In this document: positions 48,170-62,254 of the stretch, one piece after another
Layout: every line of letters begins with the position of its first letter
Position numbering within the stretch: the stretch's first letter is position 1
NCBI RefSeq assembly: GCF_028641065.1
Contig: NC_073409.1
Location: 20,274,001-20,338,000 of the forward strand
Length of the DNA: 64,000 nucleotides
Reading direction: 5' to 3'
Origin: Leucoraja erinacea
Lineage: Eukaryota
Position numbers and translations under genes: made by a program
Notes under the pieces: generated by a model
Seen by the model: only the letters and a program-made list of their open reading frames with translations
Told to the model about the DNA's origin: nothing
The model's database searches: none

Positions 48170-51100
48170 TGTGCTCAGCCCGGGCAGATAGTCTTCAGGC
48201 AGTACTCCCAAGTCGGAGCCAGAGGCGCAGTACAATCTAGGAGGGCAATGGTCGAGGTCACAAGATTTCTAGAGCCAAGGTCAAGTAGCATACACAACCC
48301 ATTGGACGAGGTGAAACACATCAGGGCGGGGCCAATAATCACATGAGGGTAAACGACCTGACAGGAAATGGGACCTGAAACAAGAGGAGATGCGAGACAC
48401 AAAAATAAAACAAGAATGCACACTCTAATACTAAAAAACAATAAGAACAGAAACTAGATCAAACTCCACGGCCGGCTCCCGACGGCCAGGATCTTATTGT
48501 GAGCCAGCACCCAAGACCGCTCCTCAAACCATAACCTCCCCAATCCACGAGATAAAAAAGCGCATACCCATGTTGGCTGACCGTTTGCTCCACTGGACCC
48601 CCATCAAGTTCCGGGGGGCTGGAGCCAATAAAGGGCTTTAGTCTCCCACATGAAAGTAGGGTGGACCCTCATGGCACGGGGGAGTTTGAGACGAACCGCC
48701 ACAGGATTGATGACCTTCGAAATGGGGAAAGGACCAACAAAACGAGGAGCCAGCTTCCGGGATTCCACCCTCAGAGGTAAGTCTCGAGTGGAGAGCCACA
48801 GCCAGAGTATACCGGAGCCGGCGTTCTCCACGGCCATCCTCTTGTAACGCGCAGTCATGCGCTGAGCATCTGACCAGCCCCATTCCAAACCTTGCGACAG
48901 CGACGGATGAGAGCTGAGCCACTGAGATCTGACCAGCAAAAGCAGTTGGGGTGGTGGGGGGGATATGGGGGGGGGACCAACAAAACGAGGGAGCCAGCTT
49001 CCGGGGGGGGTGGGGGGGGGGGGGGGGATAACCATAGCACACTGGAATGGGAGAGAGGAGGATGAGCAAGGAAGTGTGTTGTGGCATACTCCACCCAAAT
49101 AAGATGTTTGCTCCAAGTTGAAGGGTTCTGTGGCCCAAGTACCGTAGTCCTGTCTCCAATTCTGGTTAAGGCGTTCCTTCCCATTCCGGGTGACAGGCTG
49201 ACCGTGGCAGAGAACAAAACTCCTTCCAAAACCTGGACACGAACTGAGGCCCCCGGTCAGACATAATATCTCTGGGAAATCCATGAATACGAAAAACATG
49301 AGACAGCATGACCTCTGCCGTTTTCTTGGCGGAGGGAAGCTTATGAAATGGACCATCTTAGAAAATCTGTCATGACTGAGGTGTTACCTTCAGAAAAGGG
49401 CAAGCCCATAACAAAGTCCATGGAGATGTCTGACCAGGGGCATTGATTCAGGAGGCCAAAGGCCGCCCGACGTGAGGTTTTGTTCCGAGCACAAAACTGC
49501 AGGCGGCGACGTACTCCTTAATCCATGGAAGGCCACAAAACCTTTGTTTGGCCACAAACAGGGTTCGGCGGACACCGGGATGACAGGAGATCCGAGACGT
49601 ATGAGCCCAGTGAATCACCTGTGAACGAGGTCGGGAACAAACAGACGATTAGAAGGACACCCTAGCGGAGACTGAACACCAGCAGTTGCCGCGGAAACTC
49701 TCTTCTCAATCTCCCAAGTAACTGCCCCAACAAAACAGGAAGCAGGCAGAATGGGAGTTGAAACCTTAGGGGACGGGTCGAGGATCAAACTGTCTGGAGA
49801 GAGCATCAGGTTTGCCATTCTTGGCACCAGGGCGGTAAGACAGGATTAAAGAGAGAGCCCATTGGCGCGAGTTGAGGCGTTTGTCAGTCTTCCAAACTAG
49901 AAACGGCTGCTCTGTGCCCTCCAACCAGTGTCTCCATTCCTCCAAGGCCGACGCCAAAGCGTAATTTCTCTCAGCAGGAGAAAGTTTCTTTGAGAGGAAA
50001 GCGCAGGGATGTAATCGACCATCTTGGAGGATTTCTGGGAGAGTACGGCCCCGATGCCCACACCCGGGGTCCACCTCTACCACGAACTGGAGTGATGGGT
50101 CAGCGCAGCTCCTCTTGGTATCCACCAGAGGGCACTGAGTGGTGCAGCATGACACTGTTCGGATAAACTTCTATAAAAATTCAAAAAACCCCTGAAGTCG
50201 CTTACGACTGGAGGGTGTAGGCCAGGTGGCCACAGCACCGACCTTGCTCGGGTCCATCTGTATACCAGCAGAAGAGTGTTAAGAAATTCACATTTCTCAG
50301 AAGAGGGTATCTGTTTTTAACAGTAATGTCATTGAGTCCTCTGTAGTCAATGCAGGGCCGAAGTGTACCATCCTTCTTATCCACAAAGAAGAATCCAGCT
50401 CCGGCATGCAGGTGAAGAGGAAGGTCTCCATTCATCCCCCTCCCTTCCCAGCAGCAAGGGCATCTAACGTCAATGTATTTTTCCAGTTCAAATGGCGAGC
50501 CGCTGTTAACAGGTGAAGACAAAGGAGTATCCAGAGATGACGGCAGCTCCCCTTAGTCAAGTATTTTTCTGAGCCCTGGCAGAAGGTCGATGCAGCAGTC
50601 GTACAGTCTATGTGGTGGAAGAGATGTGGCCTTGGCCTTGTTGAACACCTCCTTTAGGTCTAAATAACATGAGGGAACCTTGGAGATATCTGGAAAATCC
50701 TCCTCCCTTGAACGGGGAGGCTGCTGGAGGGTGGTCCTGGAAGATCCCAGCAAACTGCTCCTTGATGGATCCGTCATAGACTCAGGAGAAGAATCATGAA
50801 GATAGATGAGTTTACAGTCATTCCCCCAAGAAATTACTTCCCCAGTACCCCAGTTCATGTGAGGGTTATGGTAAGACAGCCAAGGGAGCCCCAAAACCAG
50901 AGGATGAAGAGGACAGTCGAGGAAATGAAAACTGATGGTCTCAAGGTGATTACCTGCCATGATGAGTTGAACAGGTTGAGTTCGGTGAGTTACCCTGTAC
51001 AGTAGGCGCCCATCCAGTGCACTAGCCTCCAGAGGACTTTGAAGCTGTTCACGTTCCAGCTCCAATTCATCAGCCAAGCGAATGTCCATGAAGTTATCAT

Positions 51101-53413
51101 CTGCCCCAGAATCAACCAAAGCCTGCAGGGAGTGCCACTGGGAATGCACCAACAATTGTACCGTCGACAATTGACGAGAGGAACGGCTCATAGGAGTGGT
51201 ACAACTCACCAATGTCCTCTCTTTCATTGGTGAGCCTTCTTTTACTGAACAGCTGTTCAACAAATGTCCCAGTTCACCACAGTAAAAACACCTCCCCTCC
51301 CTTAGGCGGCGCTGCCGTTCCTCCGGGCTGAGTTTGGCTCATCCCACCCGCATGGGCTCCTCCGAAGAGACAGGTAGCGCTGTAGGCTGACTGGACCGGC
51401 CGAGAGGGAACAAGTCCCAATGGGAAGGTGAAGGGTGATGCTGCCGCCACGGCTGGGAGGACGAACGAACTGCCGCCGATCTCCTCTCTCGCTCTCTTTC
51501 TCAGAGCCTAGCGTCAATCTGGACAGCCAGGGAAATCATAGACTCGAAGTCGGAAGGCAGGGTTAGTGGAGCCAACTGATCTTTGATAGCTTCAGACAAT
51601 CCATTGCGAAAAGCATCCAACAAAGCAGCAGGCAGTAAAGAAAGCGAATGGCATGTTAGCTTTCATTGCAAAAGGATTTGAGTATAGGAGCAAAGAGGTT
51701 CTACTGCAGTTGTACAGGGTCTTGGTGAGACCACACCTGGAGTATTGCGTACAGTTTTGGTCTCCAAATCTGAGGAAGGACATTATTGCCATAGAGGGAG
51801 TGCAGAGACGGTTCACCAGACTGATTCCTGGGATGTCAGGACTGTCTTATGAAGAAAGACTGGATAGACTTGGTTTATACTCTCTGGAATTTAGAAGATT
51901 GAGAGGGGATCTTATAGAAACTTACAAAATTCTTAAGGGGTTGGACAGGCTAGATGCAGGAAGATTGTTCCCGATGTTAGGGAAGTCCAGGACAAGGGGT
52001 CACAGCTTAAGGATAAAGGGGAAATCCTTTAAAACCGAGATGAGAAGAACTTTTTTCACGCAGAGAGTGGTGAATCTCTGGAACTCTCTGCCACAGAGGG
52101 TAGTTGAGGCCAGTTCATTGGCTATATTTAAGAGGGAGTTAGATGTGGCCCTTGTGGCTAAGGGGATCAGGGGGTATGGAGAGAAGGCAGGTACGGGATA
52201 CTGAGTTGGATGATCAGCCATGATCATATTGAATGGCGGTGCAGGCTCGAAGGGCCGAATGGCCTACTCCTGCACCTAATTTCTATGTTTCTATGTAAGC
52301 AGCCTCATTCCATCCACTCTTAGCAGCAACAGTTCGAAAGTCAATAGCAAAATCCATAACTGAGCGATTACCTTGTTTCATGCAGACCAGGTTCTGTGAA
52401 ACGTGTGGGACAGAGCTTCCATGAACAGGACAGACGTCTGGCAAACAGGAGAATTCCGAGACCACTCCGCCGTGGCCCAAGCCTCCGCCCTACCCGACAG
52501 GTGCGTGATGATAAAGGCTACCCTTGAGCGTTCTGATGGAAAGGAAGCCGCTTGAAGTTCGAAATGCAGTCCACACTGAATCAAAAAAGGTCTACACTTC
52601 TCCGATTCCCATAAAAAGTGTTCCGGTCTTGCCAGGTGGACGAATGGAGATGCTGCAGCAGCCGTGGCCCTCGGAGCTCCTGGAGACCCAAACAAGGAAA
52701 CAGACTCGGGGGGCACGGGAGCCGCAGCAGGAAACAAAGAATTCAGCCGCGTAACCAGGTGTTCAAACCGAGAACTTAAAGTGTTCACCTGTGAACCGAT
52801 GTCCGCCTGGAACCCCTGCTGACGCTCGCCGAGGTCCCGGAACCCAGCGACGATCGAAGTGAGTTGACCCTCATAATGCGAGATGCGCTCCTCTTGCTTC
52901 TGGAGCGCTGCACGAAAAGGATCAGAGCCCGCTGCGTCCATTGTTGGCCAGTTCGTAATATCAGAACTGAACAAGGAGGAGGACACAAATGCAGGCTCAG
53001 ACACAGGGCAGATCAGTCTTCAGAGTTTAATCGGTCCAAGTCGGTACACAGGTAAGCAAAACAGAGGCAACAGTACAATCTAGGAGCAAGCAAAAAACAG
53101 AGGTCGAAAAACAGGCAATGGTCGAGGTCACAAGATTTCTAGAGCTGGAACGAGGTGATACCAAGTAGCATACACAACGAACTGGCAATGAGAACTAAAA
53201 CACAAAGGGCTTAAATACAGACTAGCAGGGGATAACGAGACACAGGTGAAACACATCAGGGCGGGGCCAATAATCACATGATGGTAAACGACCTGACAGG
53301 AAATGGGACCTAAAACAAGAGGAGATGTGAGACACCAAAATAAAACAAGAATGCACACTCTAATACTAAAAAACAATAAGAAACAGAAACTAGATCAAAC
53401 CCGAGACCTGACA
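48170..53413 (-). mobile_element. Gypsy/chromovirus (Sushi-like) LTR retrotransposon, degenerate
   Basis: LTRs about 52958-53413 (TGTCA start on minus strand) and about 48170-48465; gag MDAAG, protease [29 protein letters not shown], RNase H, integrase [10 protein letters not shown], chromodomain remnant near 48510-48545. Confidence 0.9.
51630..52296 (+). mobile_element. CR1 3' fragment nested in Gypsy gag
   Basis: TSD AAGCAGC (51623-51629, 52297-52303); removing it restores gag WNEAALLDAFRNGL. Confidence 0.92.
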
Positions 53414-55201
53414 GTATGAACATACTGAGGCACATGCAAATGGCCTCAAGAGCCAGCAGTTGGCAGAATATCCGCCCGCTACTAATGCCAGCAAGGGAAC
53501 AGCGCTATCAGGGAGAAACCAGCCGCCGAATCCTCTCTTCAGGTAAGACCAGAAGAAGGAAGCAAAACATGCGGGGATTGTTGGTCGGTACGGACTCGGT
53601 GGGCCTTTTTTCCGGAAGGTTTACCAGATGAGTATAATCTACTTCCAGTAAATTCAAATCTCTTCTTGACTATAACGACTGTATTGAATATCTCCTCCAT
53701 TGAGCTGAGCAGTTAATTATAAATAACAAATTTTATTAAACAAAGTTATTAGAATATTAAACTATTTCCAAGAAGAAAATTCACTTCTGTAAATAGGCAC
53801 AAAATGCTGGAGTAACTCAGCGGGACAGGCACCATATCTGCAGAGAAGGAATGGGTGACCTTTAGGGTCGAGACCCATCTTCAGACGGCTGAAGATGGTC
53901 TGAAGAAGGGTCTTGACGCAAAAAGTCACCCACTCCTCTCGAGTGATGAAGCCTGTCACGCTGAGTTTTTTTTGTGTCTATCGTCGGTGTAAACCAGCAT
54001 CTGCAGTTCCCTCCTACACATTCACCCCTGTAAGTCTGTGGCCAATATCTACCAACAAACTCCTGAGATGTCAACTCAGTGGCGCCTTTGCAAGAAACAC
54101 ACAGATGTAGGGGGAAGGGCAGTGGGCAGAGTTATTTGAAAGTTCGTCCATGCAACAATATTATCGGGTATTTCTCGGAATCTCGAGTTATAAACTGTTT
54201 GCGACTAAAAGCAGCGATGACTCAGAGGAAACAAGCCAACTAGACTCGTCGTCAGGGGCAACAGAAAGCGAGCACGGATGTGAATAAAACAGTGGTAAGG
54301 ATAATATTATGCAGCGCTGTATTTTGGATCAGCCAGTTGAAAGGTGCCAAAGAATGTTTCTTTGCGGTGAAATCAATGACCGGGAAGTTAATACCTTCTC
54401 TCAGATCAGTTAGTACCAGATATTTGTTGCAGATGACAAAATGTCACGTCCACTACCTTATATTATTAAATAAACGGTTTAGCTTCGAGATCTTTCTTGA
54501 GAATGTAGGAGAACTGCTCGTGAAAAATACTAGATATTGTTGTTTGCAGCATTGGGAGTTAGATCAGCATCTGAGGCTGAGGTGTTGTCCCGCTGGAGGC
54601 AATATTAAACAATTCTAAATTCGCAAGGAAGGTCCACACACAAAACGTCACCTATCTCTGTCCTCCACAGATGCTGCCTAACTTGCTGAATCACTCCAGT
54701 ACTTGGTGTTCTACATAAGCAGTTCCTTCAGTCTCCACAATTCTTCCATTTTTTGCTGAAGATTTGCAGGCAACTTCCCTTTCTAACCTCACTGGCCTGC
54801 GGTTGTAAAGGCTCTGTTTCATCATTTATCACGATTAAAAGTGCATCTTGTGTATTCTTCGGCAGAACTGGGAAAGAGAGCTTTCTTCTGTGTTCAAGAA
54901 GGAACTGCAGATGCTGGAAAATCGAAGGTACACAAAAAAAGCTGGAGAAACTCAGTGGGTGCAGCAGCATCTATGGAGCGAAGGAAATAGGCAACGTTTC
55001 GGGCCGAAACCCTTCTTCAGACTGTCTCGTTCAGTATCACACATAGTGTGTCGCAATGTAGGCAGTGGCGCAGCGGTAGAGTTGCTGCCTCACAGCGCCA
55101 AGATCCTGGGTGCGATCCTGTCTATGGGTGCTGTCCTTACAATTTGTACATTCTCCCTATGACCACGTGGGGTTTCTCCTGGTGTTCCAGTTTTCTCCCA
55201 C

Positions 55202-56550
55202 CAGGGCCGGATTTAGATGTAGAGAGGCCCTAAGCTATTTCACTTGTGAGCCCCCCCTCCCAATCCCCCACCCCCACGACTAGAGGGCCATGACTACCCG
55301 ACAGTGACAGTGTGACACTTTTAGATCCTACTGTATGTTGTCATTAAACAGTTGATTTTAAAATACATATTGGACTCACCGCGGAGCGGACGATGCCTTA
55401 CCTGGATCGCCGTTTGAAGCTCTGGAGTGTTGGGCCTGCTGCTTCAACATCATGGAGCTGTAGTTTGCGGAGCTCCCAGCCTCGCAACATTGCGGAGCCC
55501 TGGGAACCCTGGGAACCCTTTTGCCGAGGACTGCCAGCGTGAATCTCCACGCAACTCAGCCTGTGGAATTTGGCAGCCACGGTCTCCGGTAGGAAGTGGT
55601 CGATTCGGAAGTCCAAGTCGCTGAGAATGTTCTCCCGTTCCAACGGGGGATGGTGACCCCCAACTTCCATTGTACCAATGGCCATGAGGGGGTCCAAGAG
55701 GATGGGGTCCGTTGGAGATGGGAAAAGGGATCATCAATGGGGTGAGGACTCCTTCCCATGGAAGAACGGTGTGAGGCGGAGGCGACGGAAGAAGAACTCC
55801 AAATGGCATCGGGCACGGAACTCATTGAGGTGGGAACTGAGCGGGACAAAGATGAGGCCTCTGCCGAGGACAGGCCATTCGGTATAAAAACATAGAAAAT
55901 AGGTGCAGGAGTAGGCCATTCGGCCCTTTGAGCCTGCACCGCCATTCGATATGATCATGGCTGATCATCCAACTCAGTATCCCATCCCTGCCTTCTCTCC
56001 ATACCCCCTGATCTTTTTAGCCACAAGGGCCACATCTAACTCCCGAGGGCTGAGAGGGGGAGGTCAGGAGGGATGGTGAACACATGGCAGGGATGGGGGT
56101 TGGGGCCAGAGGAAGGCAGGCGAGTGGTCTGAGTTCTGGTGGAGGAGTGGTGGGTGGTCAGGGGGTAGGGGGGTATGAGGAGTGTAGTGTGGGTGGGGAA
56201 GAGCTGGGTCACATGGTTTGCGGGGAATGGGGAAGACTCAGTGGAACAGCCACTGAGGTTACCAGGGTTGGGGACCCAGTGCCGTCAAATCCAGGGGAGC
56301 GGGAATCTGCAGCGTGGAAACTCCAGGCCCGGTGCTGAGTCCAGGCTGCAGGTAAGGTGATGGCTGTGGGCTGCTGGAGGGCGGTGCAGTGGAGAGGGTC
56401 GGCGGGCAAAGACTAGGAGGTCCCAGTGGGGTGAAGGTCGGTGGGGCGGCGAGGTTCACCAGGTCCGGTGAGGTAGTGAGGTGACTAGGCCCCCTGAGAT
56501 CTTGAGGTCCTAAGCTTAAGCTTGTTAGCTTATACGTAAATCCGGCCCTG
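55202..56550. mobile_element. hAT-like non-autonomous element containing Penelope and CR1 fragments
   Basis: TIR CAGGGCCGGATTTA, 8-bp TSD (T/C)CTCCCAC; internal Penelope N-terminal fragment (FFFRRLRL) and CR1 tail (55886-56042, minus). Confidence 0.8.
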
Positions 56551-57483
56551 CCTCCCACACTCCAAAGATGTACGGGTTTGTAGACTAATTGGCTCGGTAA
56601 CATTGTAAATTGTCCCTTGTGTTATTGTGTGGGGATTGCTGGTCGGCATGGACTCGGTGCCCCAAAGGGCCTGTTTCTGCGCTGTATCGATAAACTTTAG
56701 TCACCACATCATCAGTCCATCTACACATCACACTGCCTCGGAAAAGCAGCCAACATAATCAAACACTTGTCCCACCCCGCTGCTTTCTGCTTCTGTCCGA
56801 CTGAAGGTGAAAGAAAGCACGCATCAAAAGACTCAGGAACAACTTCTTCCCTTCTGTTATCAGGCTTCTGAACAGTTCTTTCATAAGCCAGAGGTCTGGT
56901 TCACCTCTACACGTTGTAAACATTGGACTTTGTCAATGGAACTAATGCGTTGCAATTCTGAGAACTATATTATGCAATATGTACCTTCCCCCTTGCTCTA
57001 ATAATTGCACTTTGTTTGAAATGATTGTATCTAAGAATGATATATCTGATCTGATATGGGTAGCTTGCAAAACAATCGTACATGTGTCAATAATAAACCT
57101 AAGCCTTAAATTAAACAACATAGTTGCCGCAGAACCTATTCCACAACTTCCTGGTATGTTTATCTTTAGCCAACACCCCTGTTTGTGAATGGTAATATTT
57201 CAGGTACGAGGTGGCCATCTTTGTAGCTCATATTTACAGTCATTTCCTATTTGTGGTTTAACCATATCCCTCTACATTCAGCATAGACAACAGAGGATGC
57301 TGTGCTCCTACATCAGTCCTGTTGCAAATGCCTCAGAATCCTGTGGGTTGAGTAATGTTGGTGTCTCGCATTGTCACCCCGAGAGGATGAGATGGGCAAT
57401 TGTTACAGAGCACCACAAATCAGCAAACGACCCAGCGGCCAAGTCATTGTGGTGGAAGTTGTGATTCTCTGATCATTCTGTGT

Positions 57484-58492
57484 CAGGGCCGGATTTACGT
57501 ATAAGCTTCACAAGCTTAAGTTTAGGGCCTCGAGATCTATGGCGGCCTCGGCAGGCCTGGATTCAACTGTAGACTTCATAGGCTGAAGCCTAGGGCCTCA
57601 AAATCTAAGGGGCCACAGGCCAAGGCCAAGAATTAATTAAATCCTGAGAAAGAAAAATCGTAGGCTATCAGCGTTTCCATGAACGAAATTGCCAGGAATT
57701 CTGGTTCCGGCCCGCTAGAATTTTTTGGAAAAAAAATTGCGACCATTGCAGCTGGGGGAAGCCGGTGACACAGTAGCGACGCAAAATGACGCTGTCTCTC
57801 CGCACGTGCGCAGTGGGCCCGGGCGGGTTCAGATCTCCATTTGCACTCCATACAATCACCTCGATGCCTCGTGTCTACTCCAGGAAAGTAGTGGAATATT
57901 GAGTGCCCGTTTTACCGGGCCGGGTGGGGGGCAGGGGGGCTGTGGTGCAGAATCAGAGCCTCGCTACAAGGGAGGGAGAGAGAGGCGGAGGGAGGGAGAA
58001 AAAGGGGGGACGTGAGAGGTGCAAAAAATTTGGTGCAAAAATACTCCAAAATAAGGCTCAGAATGCACCAGAGAGCATCTAAAACCCCATGGCTTCTAAG
58101 CCCCTTAAGCAGGCACTGGCTTGTAATCCTGCCATGCCACCCCACTTTTTGAAAAGATTCGTAGGGGCGTGGTGTATAATATTTTTGACACTGTCATAGG
58201 CATTTCATATATAGGCTGCAACAACGCACTGTAGTCTCTAACCAACACTTCAGTAATTTTCCTTGCCCTCCATTTCAGAATAATAGTGTTTTAAGCCGAT
58301 AACTCGACACTAGCACTGGCAATAAATAAAAAGCGCAGCTTTCCAGCCCTTATCTCATTGGCCACACTTCGCTGCACATCGGTGTGAATCTGGTGGACTC
58401 TTCCATCTTCTTCTCGTCATGGGGGTGGGGGATTGTGAGGGGCCTCACAAGTGGAATAGCCTAGGGCTTCGCTTCATCTAAATCCGGCCCTG
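57484..58492. mobile_element. hAT-like non-autonomous element (opposite orientation to 55202-56550; related fragment 45290-45900)
   Basis: TIR CAGGGCCGGATTTA, perfect 8-bp TSD TTCTGTGT. Confidence 0.85.
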
Positions 58493-59216
58493 TTCTGTGT
58501 GGAGACGTCGGACGCTAGGAGTGGGCCGGGTTAAACCGGGATATTGCCTCCACCGACTTCAAGCTTGGCTGCAGGAGGAACCACCGGGACACAACAATAG
58601 AGAGGGTTGTCGGTTCATGAGAAATGTTCCAGTACATTAGGCAGCTCAGTGACGACGCAGTAGAGCTGCTGCCTTCCAGCGCCAGATACCCGGGTTTGTT
58701 ACTGGCTACGTTTGCTGTCTGTATGTCCGGAGTTTGTGCGTCCTCCCCGTGACACGCGTGTGTTTTCTCCGAGATGTTCGTTTTTTCCCCACACTCCGAC
58801 GATGTACAGGTTAGTAGGTTAATTGGCTTGGTCTAAGTGTAAATTGTCAATAGTGTGTGTAGGATATTGTTAATGTGTGGGGATCGCTGGTGGGTGCGAT
58901 CTTGGAGCACGTCGTTGAGGGAGGAACTATCGCAATGTTGAAGAAGTAACTAGACAGGTGCATGGATAGGACAGATTTTGAGGGATATGTGCCAAACGCA
59001 GACGGGTGGGACTTGTGTAGGTGGTCGATGTGGGTAAGTTGGGCCGAAGGTCCTGTTTCCACACTCTATGACTTGATGACACACATTTGGTTTGGTTAAT
59101 GTAATGTCAAGAAAACACACAGCTGTTTCTAAATGTTGTGTTTTACCAATGTGTGTTGCTTACTAACGTGTCTGATCATTTCTGCAACAGGATCGGTGCT
59201 ATTTTCTATTTCCAGC

Positions 59217-60199
59217 ATGGGTAGTCCTGGATGGAAAGGCAGATTTGCATTTGTTCTTTGCATCACCATCACCTTGTCTTGTCCAATTACCCGAGCAGCT
59301 AGAATATTGGTCGTGCCTGTTGATGGGAGTCACTGGATCAATATGAAATGTTTGATAGAAGAGCTGAACCTTCGTGGCCACAGCATCTCTGTGCTCAGTC
59401 AGTCAACATCCTTGTATATCAAAGAGAGCCCCGACTTGTATCCATCCATTATGATTCAAATGCCAAGAGAATCTGAAAATTACAACCTTTTGGAAAATAT
59501 TGTACAAAAAACATTGGAAAACCTACAGAAAGGCTCAACAGTCTGGGGAAAAATTAATCTCCAATATGAAATGTTGATGTTTATGTTTGAGTATCATCAA
59601 TGGGCGAAAGAGATAATCAAAGCATTATTCGAAAACAATAGCTTGTTGAACCAACTTGAAAATGCAAATTTTGAGTTAATACTTACAGATCCGGCATTTG
59701 GTATGGGGTCAATGCTTCCTTATTATTTAAAACTACTGGAGTAACTCAGCGGGACAGGCAGCATGGGTGGAGGAGGGTGCCAGTGATCGGCATGCCTCTG
59801 CTTTTTGACCAGTTTGACATTGTAGTCAGACTCGAATTCCGAGGAGCAGCAAAAGTGATCAACGTTGCAACCATACATTCCACAGATCTGTTGCAGACAC
59901 TCAACGAGGTGATAAACGGCGCATCTTATGGGGCCAACATGAAGAGACTCTCCGCTCTCCATCGGGACCAGCCAGATTCGCCAATGGAGAGAGCCGTTTT
60001 CTGGGTTGAGTACGTTGCCCGACACAAAGGAGCGGGGCATTTGCGCTCAGAATCCCACCGACTCCCTTGGTACGCTTACTATTGTGTAGATGTGATGATC
60101 TTTCTGTTGTCTGTGTTACTCCTGCTCACTGTGTTGGTGGTTGGAACACTGAAGAAACTTTGTCGTATTGTTTGTGGGAAAAAGCAAAAGACTGAGTGA
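59217..60199 (+). pseudogene. UGT paralogue type B (copy B2) with about 0.65 kb internal deletion
   Basis: MGSPGWKG...VPVDGSHW...YYLK, then about 40 nt of repeat-derived filler with an in-frame TAA (59742-59744), then resumes in another frame at VPVIGMPLLFDQF...KKQKTE. The first part of the UGT signature is lost. Branch point TACTAAC at 59161 and acceptor AG at 59190. Confidence 0.88.
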
Positions 60200-62254
60200 G
60201 ATTTGTTTCCCCTTGGTATATTTTATTCTTTCAAATTAATCAAATAAAGTTTTTCATGCCTTTGATCCACGGAGTCTCCTTTCCACAAAACATGGATTCA
60301 ACATGTGCTAATAAAAGCCAGAAAGGTGAGTGAAATAATAACCTTGGTGCATTGATATGCAGATGAAAAGTGTAAATGGCTGAAACTCATTGACTTGAAG
60401 CCTTAAATTTACTGACAGTTATTCACAATGAAGTTACCTTTGGTTTTCTGGGCACAAACCTTTGTGATTCACTGACAGAGTGGACCTTTACTGCACTATT
60501 CCCTCTTCCAGTCAATCATGCCAACTCTCACTCTCAATCTGTCAGCATGTTTGCCTTCGTTCCAGTGCCCCATTATTGTCATACATTATCATAGTGAGCC
60601 TCCTTTACACTTTAGAGATACAATGTGGAAACAGACCCTTCGGCCCATTCGGTCTGCGCCGACCAGCGATCACTCCACACACAAGATAGACACAAAATGC
60701 TGGATATCTCAGCAGGTCAGGCAGCATCACTGGAGAAAAAGATTAGGTGATGTCTCTAGTAAGAACCCTTCCCTGACCCCACACACTAGCATTAGCCTCC
60801 ACATGAGGGACTATAGACAATTTAAAAAAAAAAAATCTAATTAATCTTTTAGCCTGTATTTGGAGTGTTGGAGGAAAGCAGAGCACCTGGAGAAAACCGC
60901 ATGACAGCGCACTGTTCACTCTCCACTCTCCTCCATAACCTTTATGTGATGTGGTGACCAGAAATGCACACAGTAATCTAAATGAGGCCAAGTCAAAGTG
61001 ATGTACAAAATGAATTGGAACTTTCTGTACTCAATGCCCCCACAGATGAAGGCAAGCCTTATGCCGTCCTCACTACCCTCCCCACTTGTGTTGTTACATT
61101 CAGGATGCAATGGATTTGCAATCCAAGAGCTCTCTGAATGCATTTCGTTGTCTCTGTACTGTACACTGACAATGACAATTAATTGAATCATTTCATTTCA
61201 TTTCATTTCACAGTGCCCTGAAGCATTCATGCCATTTACTCGTTTCGTTTAGTTTTGAGATACCACGCGGAAACATGCCCTTCAACCCACTGAGTCCACA
61301 CTGGCCAGCGATCACCGCACACGAACATTAGCCAGCACACACTATGGACACAGTGAGAACATACAAACTCCGTAAAGAAAGCACCCACAGACAGGATTGA
61401 ACCCGGGTCCCTGGCGCTGTAAGGGAGCAGCTCTATTGTTGCACCTCTGTGCTGTACTGTATACAGGAGTTCCCCAGGTTAGGTAAGAGTTGCTCTCCTG
61501 TGAATTGAACACAAACTGGATTTCCTGTAATTCAGATGGAATCAATTGCCCCCAAAAGAGCAATGTGAAATCTTTATCCCAGACTGTCTTATGGAACTTT
61601 GGTGATTTTATGTTTAAAAATTCAGCATGGAAACAGGCCCTTCGACCCACCTAGTCCATGCTGACCATCGATCACCCGTTCACACTAGTTCTATGTTATC
61701 CCACTTTCTCATCCAATCCCGACACATTTGGGGCAAGTTAGAGGACAATTAACCTGCAAACCCACACATCTTTGGCGTGTGTGAGGAAACCGGAGCAACC
61801 GGATGAAACTCATATGGTCACAGGGCCAATGTGCAAACTCCACACTGACAGTACCAGAGTTTAGGGTCTCACCTGGTTTCTGGTGCTATGCAACAGCAAC
61901 CCTACCTGCAGCACCACTTATTTGCGATGAGTAGAGGGGGAAGGACAGTTTAGGTGACAAGGCTTGTAACCATTGAATAAACTGTGAAAGGTGTTTGTTA
62001 GAATGCAGCATACAATGACTGACCAGGGAGCTCAACTATATATCAGACAGAAAACTAACCACAATTTAACAATAGAAAAGGGTGCAGTTCATATGTTATC
62101 GGAGCAGAATTCAGCCTTTCGGCCCATTGAACTACTGTGCCATTCAATCATGACTGGTCTATTTTCCCCTCACAACCCCTTTCACGTGCCTTCTCCCAAA
62201 ATCCCCTGACACCCGTAATAATCAAGAATCTGCCATTCTACACCTTAAAGATAT

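Noticed and set aside
59133-59216. 28-aa N-terminal extension of the B2 ORF
   Set aside because: It crosses the branch point and acceptor (59161-59190), so it is intronic; the ATG homologous to A is 59217.
59733-59776. Filler in B2 as a spliceable intron restoring the protein
   Set aside because: Only about 40 nt, no pyrimidine tract, and about 220 codons would still be missing.
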